A DNA stretch of 64,000 bases from Klebsormidium nitens. Lineage: Eukaryota; Plantae; Klebsormidiophyceae. Location of the stretch: the NCBI GenBank assembly GCA_000708835.1, contig DF237305.1, positions 31,452-95,451 of the forward strand, written 5' to 3'. Positions 1 through 13,600 of the stretch are shown one piece after another (the first letter of the stretch is position 1; each line of letters begins with the position of its first letter). Position numbers and translations under genes: made by a program. A model generated the notes under the pieces. That model saw nothing but the letters and a program-made list of their open reading frames with translations, was not told the origin of the DNA and did no database searches.

Positions 1-37
1 TGTATCCGCTGGTTGACATTCGTGTGGCTTACTGCAG

Positions 38-780
38 TTTTCGAGACCTACGTGCCGAGCACCTCGCGGCGTCTTGACTGCGATCTAGTTGCAATAGGCG
101 CGGAGTCGGACCCTCGGTACACTCCCGATCAGGTATGCGGAATGTCCACAGGTTCAGCACAATCTTAGGTTGCCACGGAAGTAGCCATTGCTGAAGTACG
201 TACGGAGGAATTGTGAATGTTCGGGGTCGAGCCTCTGTGATCGTTTTCTGAGAATGCAGCACGCATGCAAGCAGAACGTCCTTCTCGTTGGTCGTTTTAA
301 TAGCTTGCATCCCCGTCTCGGTCAGCAACTCGCCCTCGTTTTGAGAAGACAGTAGCGATACGAATTACACCAGCATTTTGAATGGTTGTCTTCTGCCAGA
401 TATCTGCTTGGAGGCAGCATACTGCCGGAGCATTTGAAGAGAGGTGGTTTGCGGGTAAGTGCCTCGGGTTTCGGATTGCAAGTACAGATTTTTGAACTAA
501 CCCCTTTGTCTCTCGTCTTTATATCCCGCTGTCCAGCAATGTTCGGCCTTGCACTGTGCAATCTTCTTCGCCAAGTTGCCTCTTGCATCTGCGAATGTCT
601 GTCGGGGGATGCTTTTGAAATCTCAACGAACCAGTCCTAGTATCTTATTTGACACATCGAACGAGCGAATGTGCAGGTGGACACCAGTTCGTGAGGGAAG
701 ATCCAGAAACGTTACTGGCGTACCTCAAAGAAGACCTGGCTCGTACAATCCAGGGCCAAAACACGCCCACTGCAAGCTGA
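38..780 (+). CDS. 3' end (last 3 exons) of a thioesterase-domain protein (type II / PKS-NRPS-type alpha/beta hydrolase); 5' part lies upstream of the window
   Basis: Not in the ORF track. Phase-consistent GT-AG exons 38-132, 400-454 and 677-780 give FETYVPSTSRRLDCDLVAIGAESDPRYTPDQ-ISAWRQHTAGAFEERWFAG-GHQFVREDPETLLAYLKEDLARTIQGQNTPTAS*. This matches the type II thioesterase C-terminal pattern (ETY...l.cpi...G..D..v....l.aW...T.g.F....f.GgH, catalytic His in GGH). Confidence 0.75.
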
Positions 781-892
781 TCCAAACTGGATCACTGAGC
801 GGCTCAGGCCCCGGGCCTGCTTACAGACCGAAGTCCGGACCCCCTTCGCAATTGCCGATTCTCCAGAACCACCGCCCTAGCCTTCGGCCGCC

Positions 893-3583
893 ATGGATCG
901 ATTTGAGTGGCTGCGGGGCCAGTGCTGGCTGACCCCTTGGCCCGCTACCCCGCACGTGCCTCAGACTTCCAGGTCTGCCATAGACTGGGTATTCAGGGGA
1001 ACGGCTTCATTCCACGTTAGCCAACAGGAGCAGTACGGCGGCTCCGGTGTGCACGATGACAGGGGACCTCTGACGCCTAACGCCCGACATCTCTTCTTCA
1101 AAACGGGACCGAAGTGCCACGACCCAACTGAGACAGTGAGTAATCTTGCTTGGCTGTTTGAGGGATTGACCGTGCTTCTCGAACCTCGACGAATATATTT
1201 GGGTACTTTGCCACAGCTTTCCGACAGTAGGTCCTCGTCTGCGTTGTTTGAGTCATTACGTCTTAAGTCGCGTCAGCGTTTCGAGGGACTTTCAAGCTCC
1301 TGCACGGCGTTGCAATTGATGCAGTGCGCGTCACACTCGGAGGGAGGACCAGGAGTTTCCTTTTGCGCAGGCCTGCTGCGTGGGTGTTGTTCAACACTCC
1401 GCCAACGACTTGCGGCTGGTCTTCTGCCTGGCAGATCAAGACGTTTGGGAAATCGAAGCTTCTCAGGTGACCTGACACACAATCCACACCTGAAAAGTCG
1501 GATCTGCCAAAACGTCGGGAGGTTTTTGACGGCAAGTCGAGGCTGTAGTGGTCGAGGATTACGTCAAAGGTCATATTCCTTCCGACGCCTGCTAATTCTC
1601 GAGTCCTCAACCGCAAGACTGACTGGGGCTTGCTCCTCAAATGGTCAATCCATAGTCCGTGCTCTTTCGAGCAAAGGGCAGATTCTTCGGAGTAAATCGG
1701 AACTTGTGCTGGAAAAATGGCTTCTCACTGCTGTTTTACTTTCACAGGTGCAACGGCTTGTGCTACAGGACAGTGAAGCCGAGGTCCGTCAAGAGAGGCC
1801 TGGAAAGTAGGCATCTTTGCATGGACAACCGTCTTATCTTGGCGCCCACGTTTGCAGACAGTCGAGTTACTCTGCAGAAAGGTTGCCTTCCGCTTTTGCG
1901 GGTGTTTCTGGAACTCTTGGAACCCTTCTGGCGCCCTAGACTAGCGTACAACGGCGTTGGTTCCACTTGTAATATCTCTCATCGAGGCGAAACGCTTTTA
2001 AATCTTTGGACTCTCTTCTTCGAAGCAAGTACGCGCTCGTACATATCCAGAACGCGAATAGAGCAAGTGTCCCCGTGTTTAAATGGAGCGTGCTCATTGG
2101 CCAAAAGCCCCGCAATATGAGTTTCCTTACTTTCTTGTCTATCTAAAGGATCCATTGAGGCCTCTTTCTGCAAGCGCTCAGGACAAAGTCTGACAAGTCT
2201 CGCCCTTACTTCCAGGCTGCCGGCTGTCTTGAGCGTCATCTTCCGCCACGTCGTCCTTAATCTCTACCTTTCGTCGCCCACAATCGCAGCAGAGGCGCCG
2301 CAGGTGCTCTCCAGGTTAGCGGCGCCCTGACCCCCGTCAAGGGTCAGGGGTGTCTTTCTAGATCGCTCGAAGTCTCAGCACCTTCTAAAGTGCTCGCAAT
2401 TACTGCGGTGCTGTCGGCCATGTTATCCGCTGCGAGCTGAAGTTTGTTGTCCTTCGCAGGGTGGCGGACCTTCTCTCTCGAGCTTTAAAGAATGACAGCT
2501 CTGTGAGACTCACGTCAGGTAAGCAACGGGCAGCTCGAGCGGATCTGTGGCGCGTTCGATACTGTCTGAACGCTTCCCTCGTCAGATGCTGGTTCTTCAC
2601 CGGCCCTGTTGATTGAATAGTCAGTCTGTTCCTTGCAGGAGGCGAGGCAGGAGCGCCACAGATGGCACGACCAGAGGAGCTTGCATGCAACTGGCTGCGC
2701 TCTGCCGACGAGCTGGCCGCCAGTGCCCGGAGTACCAGCAACGCCTTGGCAGCCACCGAGATCGTCGAGGGGGCGCTGACAGCGATGGTGAGCACAACTG
2801 CTTCTGGGGCCTTGCCGACCCGGGGAAAGAAGTCCCTGCACGACAGTAGCGTAGATGGCCAGGGTCCGTGCCGTTTACTTGCGAATGCGAAATTCTGAAG
2901 CATGGCTGCAGACGAGAAAAGCTCGGGGCTTTGACAGGGATGAACAACTGCGCCAAACGCATAGGTGGATTGCCCCAACATCAGGTCTCAACTTTCAGCT
3001 CGTCTCCTGCAGGCAGCCGCTGCTGTGACACGGGAAAAGGTTCGAGCAGCCGCAGGGAGTGTGCACAGAAAGTATCCGGTCAGCACGGATGCTGAGGAGG
3101 TGAGATGGTCATTGGGCACCCCGCTCTGATGCCATCTCATGTCGACCGCCAGATTCCCCGAGAAAAAAGCAACGGCATGCAAAGAGCTTTTGCATGCGTT
3201 GGCGACACGGCCTTCAATTGACTTTGAAGTGTGAAATGAGGAAAGCAAACGTTGCCGGCTCCTTGTCCTTCCTCAGGAGGTCGTAAGGTGGATGCTGGAG
3301 AACCGTGGAAAGCACGAGGGAACGGCTACTGACGTGACTGCCAAGTTGCAAGCCCTCCTCCAAGAAGTGAGTTCTCAAGCTTCTTACGGATTCCAGTCAC
3401 AAGCATTGAATGAAATATACGTGCCCTATTTCTGTGAAGCAATTGGATATCAACCGTCCCTGCGATTCTGTTGCGTGCTGTAAACTGCAGAGGGCGGCGA
3501 AAAGCAACGCTGTGATCAAACCATTCAATCGTTGCCTAGCCTCAAACACAACTTCTGTGTGTGCAGCAAAAGAAGCAGTATGA
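893..3583 (+). CDS. Uncharacterised 9-exon gene, about 324 aa
   Basis: ATG at 893 in a gccgccATGG context. Exons 893-1135, 1371-1466, 1748-1806, 2216-2314, 2460-2518, 2639-2787, 3013-3099, 3277-3366 and 3491-3583 all have GT-AG boundaries and matching phases (975 nt total). No family recognised. Confidence 0.6.
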
Positions 3584-4612
3584 GACTCGCCTGTGGCTCC
3601 AAACAGTGGGCGCGGCGACTTAGAGTGGTCTGTATTGCCTAATATCGGTACGTGGGGAGCCTACTAGCTTGTGGCTCATGCTTTATTGTCATGCCAGCTG
3701 TCATGTCAGCACACGACCATAGATACAATTATCCGCATCGTATGCATGCCCAAACGATCAAATGCACGTCAGATCGGTTCATGAGTGTGAATGAGACACC
3801 GGAATTACAACCACGCCCTCGTGACGTGGAGGAAAACTAACTTGCTGGCCATCGTACAGTTTGCATAGGTTCACTGTTGCCGCCCTATCTCAAACCTTAG
3901 AGTGAACAGAAGAAAGAATGCCTCAGCTGCATTCTTTCCCCAATTCACCAGTGCCCTCTATGCACTGACCAACATCTACACATCACTGAGACAATAATTA
4001 CAACCAATTATTGTCTCTCCATTCTAGTTTGCGACACGAATCGGACAGGACACAATCTGGCCTGACACCTGATCGAGTAACAAATTAAAAACTCTCTCTT
4101 GCAGCTCAATACAATAGTTCCTCGCGAGCAAAAATGGACATCTCAATCAATCCAACTGCTAGCGAGCGGCCAGAATATACCTTCTGCTAACCAAGTTCCC
4201 CTCGACTCAATGGACATTATCAGTGTGCAACAGTTCAAGCGATCACTCCCCCCCCAGGTTAAATGGCCCTTCTACCCTCAATGCCCCCTGTCAATTCAAG
4301 CCTGTGCAAACGGTACCCCATTGCATGCCTACCTCTATTTACATATGCAACTGTAAGTGCAACTGACCCAGCCACTCCCGAGCGTTCTGTACTTTCGAAT
4401 CTGCACAACGCTGCATGAGGCAAATATGAGAGGCTGTTCGCATTCACTCGAGAAGCCAAATGGAACAATGAAGAGCGCAGCTCTGAAAGGGGGTTCAGAT
4501 TACAAGAGACGCAGCACGCAACCACTCGGATTAACTCTGGCTTTGTAGTATTCTTGTAAGTTGGCAAGCGTACCTTTCCTCTTCCGCGTGTAGGTGATCT
4601 CGCTTTGTCCTG

Positions 4613-7600
4613 TCACCAGAAAGGGCACCACCTGCAGACCAGCACGTGTGAATAAGTCCCAAAGAGGACCTTCGTTACACCATGGCAAGTGATACGCGCG
4701 AGTGCCCTGTTGATTGGCAGCAAGCGCAATTCTGAAATAATTTCTTCACATCGCCTTCTGACACGGACGCCACACTCTTCAGGACCGCTAAGAAAATCGC
4801 ACCTCTCGCTTGAGGATCCGTCTCAGAGTCTACAACGTAACAAGGCACCAAATCTATGAGAAGTCATCTCGTAGCTGCTTCCATGCGAAGAATCCTCAAA
4901 CCAGGTTTTCAGTGTGCTCACCCGATGTAGCTCTGGCACAGGTTCTCGTGGCTCATCGCCTGCGCGATCAGTTTCTGGACCTGCACCTTCACGGTCAGCC
5001 CCGGCTCCTCCCGCTCCGCGCCCGGGGCCCCAATCCCCGAGCTGGCCAGGAGATAGCTGCTGGCAGCCCCCGCCGCGCCTGGGACGCCCGCTGCACCAAT
5101 TGGCGGGACGCCGTTGACCCCGAAGTCGCGCCCCGTCAGCTTGTTGCTCATGCGTGTCATGACGGCGACGGCGCGCTCGTTCAGAACCTCGTTTGCGTCG
5201 CCCAGCTGCCCAACCGCCTGGCAAGACAGAGCAAAAGAGGATGAGTGGAGGAGCGTGCAGCTTGTCACAAAGCCAGTGAAACGCTTGTACAGGACTGGCA
5301 ATTCTACGTTTCCGATTGAAGGACTCAGAAGAAGGTAGAAGTCGAGCAGGTGTTTGCAGGTGAAGCCATCTCAGCGCAGAAACACTCTAAAGGATCGAGA
5401 CCTAAATTTCAGGAAAGTCTTGCTCCCAACAAGAACGGCTGCGGAGGTAAATGACGCCTTCACAACAACCCCAGGCGAGAATCGCTGACCTCCCGCAGTT
5501 CCTTTTCCCTGGCCCCTCGTTGTGGGGGCGAAGGCGGCGCCGCCTGTTCGTCGGCAGGCTGCGCCGGTTGGGCCCCCCGGGCCCCCGTGGGGTGGGTGCT
5601 GCCGTCCGCCAGGTGGAAGAGACGCCAGTTGATGAGGGGGTCGTGCACAAACGCCTGCACCACAGGAGCAAGGTCAGCAGCTGCGACTGCTGACGGAAGG
5701 GGGACGCGACACGCCAAACGTACTGATAGGGTGCCTCACAACTGGCCTCCGGCGCCTTTCTACGTGAGTTCGGCGCAAAGCCTGGATGATGCACAACTTG
5801 TGAACACCTGGGCCAATGTGCAGAGAAAGTTTCGCAACCGACAAAGAACGTGCTGGCTGGTCGAGCCACGGCGTAGGGCTGTGAGGGACTGACCTCCATC
5901 ATGGCCATGACGGAGTCCTTGTTCTGGCGCAGCACGGTCATCACGTTCTCGCACGTGCTGCGGAAGTTGCCCTCGATGCCGCTGACCTCCATGGCCTTGA
6001 CCAGCATGCGCGTCAGCCGGAAGGGCACGCGCTCCGGGAACTTCTCGCGGTTCATGCTCGCCTCAAAGCAGTCGCCGAAGTCGATGTGGATGATCTTGCC
6101 GCTGCCGCAGAGAGGGGAGCACGTGTCAGGGTGAGCCACCAGCGTGGCAGGCGAGGATCAACATCGACAAACAGTACAGAATTGATTACTTGTTATGCCC
6201 GCGTGCGGTTTTACGGGAGTTTTTGATACAAACACCTTCATCACGAACTCCTTGAAAGCGAGGCAAAAGAGCGATAACACAGCTTCAATCGACGTACCTG
6301 TATCGATCGAGCATGAGGTTGCTGGGGTGCCGATCTCCCAAGCCGAGCAGATAGCCAACCTGAACGCAAAGGTAGCCGTGGGTCGTCAGCGGGCCGAGGA
6401 AGGCAGCAAGCGGCGGACACCGCAGAAGAAAGACTTGGCAAGCGTCGGACAGACACGCCACTGCATAAGCATAGCCAGTCTGCTGTGAAGACAATCTGAC
6501 GGCGTCTTGCCAGGCTGCTGAACGAGCACTTCGATCCCTTCAACCCCTCTTCTCCTTTCAAGCGCTTCCAGACTCTGTCCGGCAACCACCTCGTTTGACC
6601 TGCGTAATCCCCACCGGTCGATCCGAGAACTAGAGCCGCGTGGTAGCAGGGCGGCTCACCATGGACATGACGGCGAGGGAGCGCGTGTAGTTGGTGCGGC
6701 GGTCGAGCCAGACCTCGGAGGAGCGGCTCTTGAGCCAGAGCACCTTGTTGAGGTCGTTGCCGCTGGTGTTGTCCAGCGCGTGCTCGAACACCTCCACCTT
6801 GGCCATCAGCGGTAGCGCGTCGTAGTCGGGCGCGAACTGCAGCATCAGCCGGTGCTCGTGGTTCACGGGGACCTGCAAACATGACATAAAGAGATGCGAT
6901 TGAAAGGAAGCAAGCCTCAAACAAGAAGCACTCAGAGGAGGCTGGCACGCTTTGTCAATGTGATCCATTAAGAGCTGAAGTACTTACGGAAGAGACCGGA
7001 CAAAATGGGTAGGAACTAGGGAACCTGCCTCGCATGGAGGAATCTGTCAAAAGAGTTATTGACAGATAAGCACCAAAGCATTTGCAGTTCCTGACAGGGT
7101 TGTGAGCGCATGCGTCACCTTGCGTTGGTCGCGGTACTCCCGGATGAGCTGGTGCAGCGTGTCGCAGTTGGGCACCCAGCCGATGAGGCCGCTGTTGGGC
7201 GACAGCGGAATCACGCTGTACCGCTGGATCGCCAGGTCCAGCTCCGCGCTCTGCCGAGCATTCGCCAGCAGCGTGTTCACCAGCCCGAACAGCTGCTCAA
7301 AGAAAAAAGGGGCCAGTCAGCGGATGCAGGCGATAAGGGACGCGCGGACGAGCTGGCTTCGTGCATGAGACGGAATCTCCGACTTCTCGCTTTGACACGG
7401 CTTCCAGTCGTGCAGATAGAGCGCTTCTTGAACGCAGGATTACTTGGCTTGTGTCGAAACGAGATGTCCAACGGCGGACTGTCACGAAAGATCACCGGAA
7501 TGCTCTTCCAAGCAGCAGGTGACCCAATCTTGACCACCGACTTTGGCCTTGCCAGCACCAACAGCGCACGATAGTCTTGAGGCAAGGTGCTGTTGCATTG

Positions 7601-10600
7601 GCGCCCCCACCTGCATGACGCGCTCGTCCTGGCGCAGGTCCTCGTGGCCTTTGAGCAAGAACGTATACTCGACGCCGTCGCTGCCGTAGATGGTGCACTT
7701 GCGCGGCCGCTGCTTGGACGTGATCACCGTCAGCTGCGCCGCGAACGACGCAATGGTCACCACCGGCGCGCCCGCGCGGTAGGTCCCAGGCACGGCCAGC
7801 TCTAGGTTGCGCGCCTGGACGAGCGCGGGGGACACGTACTGCAGCTCGAGCGTGGTCAGGCTGGGCAGCTGCTTGTTGATGCGCTTGAACACGTTGTAGT
7901 ACAAGTCCCACGCCTGGCAGAACGTGGGACACGCGGGGTCACGGGTGGGTGAACGCAGCAAGGGAAAACAAGCACCCGTTGCAACTAGTTAGATAAAGGT
8001 GCAGATCTCGGGTATAGACACACGTTGTTGAGGTACAGCTCAATCGAGTTCTCAATGTACTATCTCAACCAAGCAAAAGAGCAAATCCGAGTGAAGCCGA
8101 TCCTACTAGATGTCGTTGGCCCCACCTGCGTGATCTCGGCCTCCTTGCCGGTGCGCCGGAAGCGCATGCAGCACTCGTGCGCCTCCTGGAGCTCTCGCCC
8201 GTACGCCTGCAGGCACAGCGCGGGCTGTCAGAAACCGAGCGACCGAACCTCGCACAACATAGATTTTCAAAGAACTTCGCTTACATCTACCCAATGAGAC
8301 CAGCTTTTCAGATACCTGCAGAGTCTTGTCCGGGCGCGCACCTGGCCGAAGGAGATCTCCTTGAGCGTCTCAGCGCCTTGCTTGTCCATCATGGCGTGCA
8401 GCGGCTCGAGCGCCTGCAGCATGCCCTCCACGTTGTGCTCGCCGAAGTACAGCCGGCTCGCCTCCTCCAGCGCCTCGTGCCACATCTCGTGCCACAGGAT
8501 GGCCATCCGGATCAGCTCCTTGCTCACCAGCTGCGCCTGCACGCGCGAACGTACCAGAAAGGGATTAGCCGCAGGGCCGACGGCGCAAATATAAGCTATA
8601 CACTTCGGAGGGAATAACCCGCAGGAAATACGATGCAAAAGGTTTTGGAGACCGTTGCATGAAGCAAGTTCATCGACGTAGCCAAAGCCTTGTAGCTAGC
8701 AAGCACGATAATTTTTGACTAGGTCCGTCTGACTAGGTCCTCCGAGTGTGTCGGTCTGCTACTGGTAAGTCGTTCCTCCGCGTTACTGTTGACCATTGTA
8801 AATGGGCTGGAGCGAGACAACTATTCTCTCAGAAGGGACCCTCGCAGCCATGCCTGTTCACCTCCTGAAAACGTACTTTGCCAAACACTAGCTGCGAACA
8901 CAACGGCCGAGCGGGTGCTACTGTGTGTACCTGCTTGACGAGCGTGGCGCTGTGGTTGCGCACGTTGTCCACGACGGCCTGCGCGGCCTGTTTGCGCGAG
9001 CTGCTCATCGACTTGCACGCCACCAGCAGCGGGTACATCAACGCCTGCAAGCACCCACACCGAAAAGTCAGAGTCTCAGCGCATCTTCAAGAACTGGAGA
9101 TACAAGCTCCCAAGCTCGCTTCAGCTCCCCTTTCGACTTGCCCGGCAGAGCTTTGCTCTAACACCTAACCATAGTTCTAGAGTAACGCAAGCAGAAACGG
9201 CAGTCCAAAATGCAGCATACTACATGACTTTGTCCAGTGCCGACCAGACAGGAACAACGTTGAGTTCGCCCAAGCGATTCCAGTGCAGAGTGAAACGCTG
9301 TGCCGGACCTGCGGGTGGTGGCGGCCGACCCTGGTGAGCAGCGCCTGGATGAGGTTCCTGACGGCGGGCACGGGCGAGTGAATGCGCGCAATGATCTGCG
9401 GGATGACCACCAGCCACGTGTCGATGTTGAGCTGCTGGAAGCCCTCCTGCAGCGCCGCCTGCACGTCTGTCGCCGCGCCGTGGTTGAACCACAGCGTCAG
9501 CAGCCGCAGAATGTCCTGCGAGTGAAAGCGAAAGTTGGTCAGGCGATGCAGGAAAGAAGCGTTCTTGTTGAAGGTGATGATTGGAAGGTAACGCAACCAC
9601 CACTTTGGAGACTAGGCGCCATTGAGAGCCTGCAAGCGGACTGCAGACAGAGCGCACATGCTCGTGGCAGAAGGATCCGTTGAGAGCAAGGATCCGCTGA
9701 TATACGCGTTGATACGCAGGTCATACAGTCTGGTGCCAACTCTAGAGTACGCACGACCAGGCGCATGCTTTCAGAACTGACCTGACCCCAAAACGAGCAT
9801 CGAGGCCAACCTCCATATCGTACTTAGGTAGAACGGCTTACCTGCAGGCTGCCGTCCCCGCCCTTTTGGTTGGCGCTCCCCAGCGCGATTGACCGGAAGT
9901 ACCCGTTCACGGCCGCGACCACATGCCTAGCCGCGGCGGCTGGGTTGTGCATAACTGTGTGGTGGCTCATGACAGCCGTGTTAAAGAGCGCCCACTTGTG
10001 CCACGCCTTGGCCCACCCCCGCGCGCTCTCGGTGGCTGCCGCCAGGCTGCTCAGGATGCCGCTGATGGCGTCATCATCCAGGCTGGCGCTCAGCGTCCAA
10101 CGCCACGTGCCCAGCTTCAGGTAGATGCGCGCCAGGATGGGCACCCCGCCCACCAGGATCCCCNNNNNNNNNNNNNNNNNNNNNNNNNNNNNNNNNNNNN
10201 NNNNNNNNNNNNNNNNNNNNNNNNNNNNNNNNNNNNNNNNNNNNNNNNNNNNNNNNNNNNNNNNNNNNNNNNNNNNNNNNNNNNNNNNNNNNNNNNNNNN
10301 NNNNNNNNNNNNNNNNNNNNNNNNNNNNNNNNNNNNNNNNNNNNNNNNNNNNNNNNNNNNNNNNNNNNNNNNNNNNNNNNNNNNNNNNNNNNNNNNNNNN
10401 NNNNNNNNNNNTGAGCGCGGACGCGGACAGGCTCTGCGGGCCGGCTGCGCCGCTCACTACGGCCGCGCTGTGCTCCAGCTCGCCCGCCAGCTCCTGGGAG
10501 AGACGGTAGGTTTCGAAGTTGAGGACCGTCGTGCTGCTTGCATCAGGGGGCCAATTTGAGGATGCAAACTACTTGGGATCGCCAAAATCCCTGTGAAGAC

Positions 10601-13600
10601 GAGATTCTGAAGAGTAGCGGGGAAGCCCGACCTGGCAGCATATCTGCATCCTTCAGCTATACAGTTCAGCGTCTGTTAGATGTGCCCAGCTTGAATCTCG
10701 AGGAGCCGACAGCCAAGACGACGATCGCTCTGAAAGAAGCAAGCAGCCTTCACTAACCACCCAAAGCCCCAACAGGCTGCGCCGCTCTGACCTGCATTTG
10801 GTGGAAGGCGTCCATCCTGTTGCGGTCCCCGCCGAGGGACCATTGGTGCTTGAGGTAGGCCAGCATGACGGGCGGCTCCACGGAGAGGCGGCCCCCGCCC
10901 TCCTGTGCGGGGTCGTACTGCAACAGCTTCACCAGCGTCGCCTGCGACTGGCTCACGCGCCCGCTCTTGCGGCACAGCGACGCAAACTTGAGCCACGTGG
11001 CGATGTCCTGCGAGGGGGGCAGCACCAGCGAGCGCACCGCCAGCAGCGCCTGCCACACCTGCGGAGGGACCGAGGAGGAGCGATTCCGGTCAGGGCTGAT
11101 AGGAGAAGAGAAAATAGCAAGCTTGATTGAGGAGAATTGAGTTCACAAAGATGGCACCATCAAACCAAGACCCCGGTCGTCCCTCAGAAGTATTGAGGCA
11201 ACATCTCGACGGGTATCTGAGAGTTTCATTGCAAGGTTGCAACCAAGCAGGACATATATCGCTTCTCGACCTGACCCTAAGCAGCGGAACGCGATGAGTT
11301 CCCGGTCCTCATGGTCAGCTCCTTACCTCGACATTGCGCTGCGCCCCACGGACCCTGTCCTGCCACATTCGTCGGATGAGCGCAGCACGCGCGTCGGCGG
11401 CAGCGTCAGCAGTGGGCAGCTGGCAGTAGTCGATGACCTCCTCCAGCTCCGCGAGCTGCTGCACGCGCACCATGTTGCCGTACGCGCGCTCGTAGCTCTC
11501 CAGCACCAGCGCGGCCAGTTCAGTAGCCAGCAGCTTGCGTGCGCGCTCCACGTACATGCGGGCATCCGCATACTGCACACATAGGCCAAGACCTTGTCGT
11601 TTAGGCGTATTGGAGACAACTATGGATTAAGGAGATTTGTGGTGTGTCTTGCACAACTCTGAAACCAAGCAGAGTGTCTCATTCAAGGGAGCTTGACACC
11701 AATTGACTTTGATCTGGGGCGGCCTTCTCGGAAAGGAAAGGACTGTGTACGAGATTAAAATGAAGCAATCAAGTGTGCGTAAAGTTCAAGGAAAGGCTGC
11801 TCCGGCCACAAAGCAGACACTATTATGCCGGCAAAATACACAACACGAAAACCAGTTGAAGCGCATGCACCAAATGGCCCCGCCTCACCTGTCCCCTCCT
11901 GACTGACAGTACGGCCCGGAAGAACGGCCCGTCGCTGATGCCGCTCCCGACGCTGCCCCCTCGCGAGCCGCCCACCGCGTTCATGGGCATCCTGCGGTGT
12001 GCGTCGTCGCCGTCGTCCAGCACGCTGACGTACTCGTGCATCTCGTCCCACTCGTTCAGGTTCCACGCCGCGCTTGCGGCCATGGGCGCCATCTCCAGCC
12101 GCGCCGCAGGCTCTGCGGGCGCCCACGTCTCGCGGCACAGCGAACCCAGCTCGTCCCAACGGGCGAGGGCTGCCAAGCACCGCATCCGTCCTGCATGCGA
12201 GAAAGAGGCGTCGTCAGAGGAAGGGCTTATTCAGCTGAATAAACTTGTCAAATCTAGTTCTTGAAAACACCAACGTCAGGATAACAACACGCGAAAAAAG
12301 GTATGGATTCTCTGTCGATGACCGCAGCTGTCTTGCTAAGAGGGGAAGTTTCGCGATAGCCCCACCTCGCCATTGTGCTAGAGGAGCCTAAAGGAGCGAT
12401 CAAGCCGACTGCCTTTCTGTACTGTAAGCAGGCAAGCAGAGTCGCGCAGCTCCGAAGTGGGAAACAACTTCGCAGTCAGGCCCCGTCATGGGCCTCACCG
12501 AGCGTGGCTTCAAGCGCCTGGTGGTGCGTCTGCGCCTGTGCTGCTTTGAGTTCGTACGCCTCGAGCGCCTCGTCCCAGCGCTGCAGCTCCTCGTACCACG
12601 ACTCCTTCAGCTCCACGCCCTGCTGCTGCTGCGCGTAGTGCAGGATGCCCACCGCCGCCTGTCACGACCACAGCATTTGGGCAGTCAGGCACCGCGCTTT
12701 GTACGGTTTGGACTTGCATACAACAGAGATCTTCCACGCCAGGCGATCAGTATACTGCAGTTGCACCTTTTCAGGGACTTTAAGAGCGTCCACATCTTCT
12801 CAGAAGTGCCCAGACTGCAACTTAAAGTGAATCTAGGAATACCTTAGGATTCATCTGCATCAGAAGGGGACGCAGAAACAGTTGCTTGGATGACACGCAG
12901 ACGAGCAGCTTCAAGATAAGCGACCATTGGACGCCTTTCTCCTTTTTCCCACTCAGAGTGGCTGTGCGCACCTCGTGCTGGTGCAGCTGGTTGTTGATAT
13001 GGATCAGCGCCTCGACGGTGGTGGTGGGGCTCGTCTCGAACTCGCGCTCCTTGTAGTGCAGCGCCTTGGCAAACGCGTGGCACTTCTCCGCGAGCGCGCC
13101 CAGCGTGCGGATCTCCATGGGCAGCGGTTTCTCGTCGTGCTCCATGAACTCGGCCAGGTTCAGCAGCGTCGCCAGGATCTCGGGCGGGATGGTCGGGGAT
13201 GCGAAGGCGGCCTCCAGGCTGCGCACCAGCTGCTCCCGGTAGTTCTGCACACAAAGCAAAGCAGGGTCGGCTCAGGGGCAAAGGAGAGGACGATGGAGGG
13301 CCCGACCGAAGATGTTCAGGGAGCTGTCCAAGGAGAAAGACTGATGGATGGCCCGACATGATTGCTTTTGAAACACTAATTGGCAACAAGTGAGGTTTAA
13401 GGTCATCGTCCGACGGGGATCTCGCATAACTCAAGAGGAAGCAAATATAGGTCCCTCACCGGCGAGAGCTCGGACCAGCAGCTGACGAAGCCCGCGGCAA
13501 AGAGTTCTCGTGCAACATGGGGCTGCAGCTGCGCGAGGCCGGCGCAGGTGCGCAGCGCGGGCGAGGGCGACTCCTTGAGCAGCTCCACGCTGAAGTGGCG

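Noticed and set aside
893-1810. 305-aa ORF as a single-exon protein
   Set aside because: Only 893-1135 and 1748-1806 are exonic in this frame; the exon at 1371-1466 is in another frame. The ORF is part of the 9-exon model.
2325-2349. Hairpin ccctgaccc-N7-gggtcaggg
   Set aside because: A 9-bp stem in an intron, within chance expectation for 64 kb.
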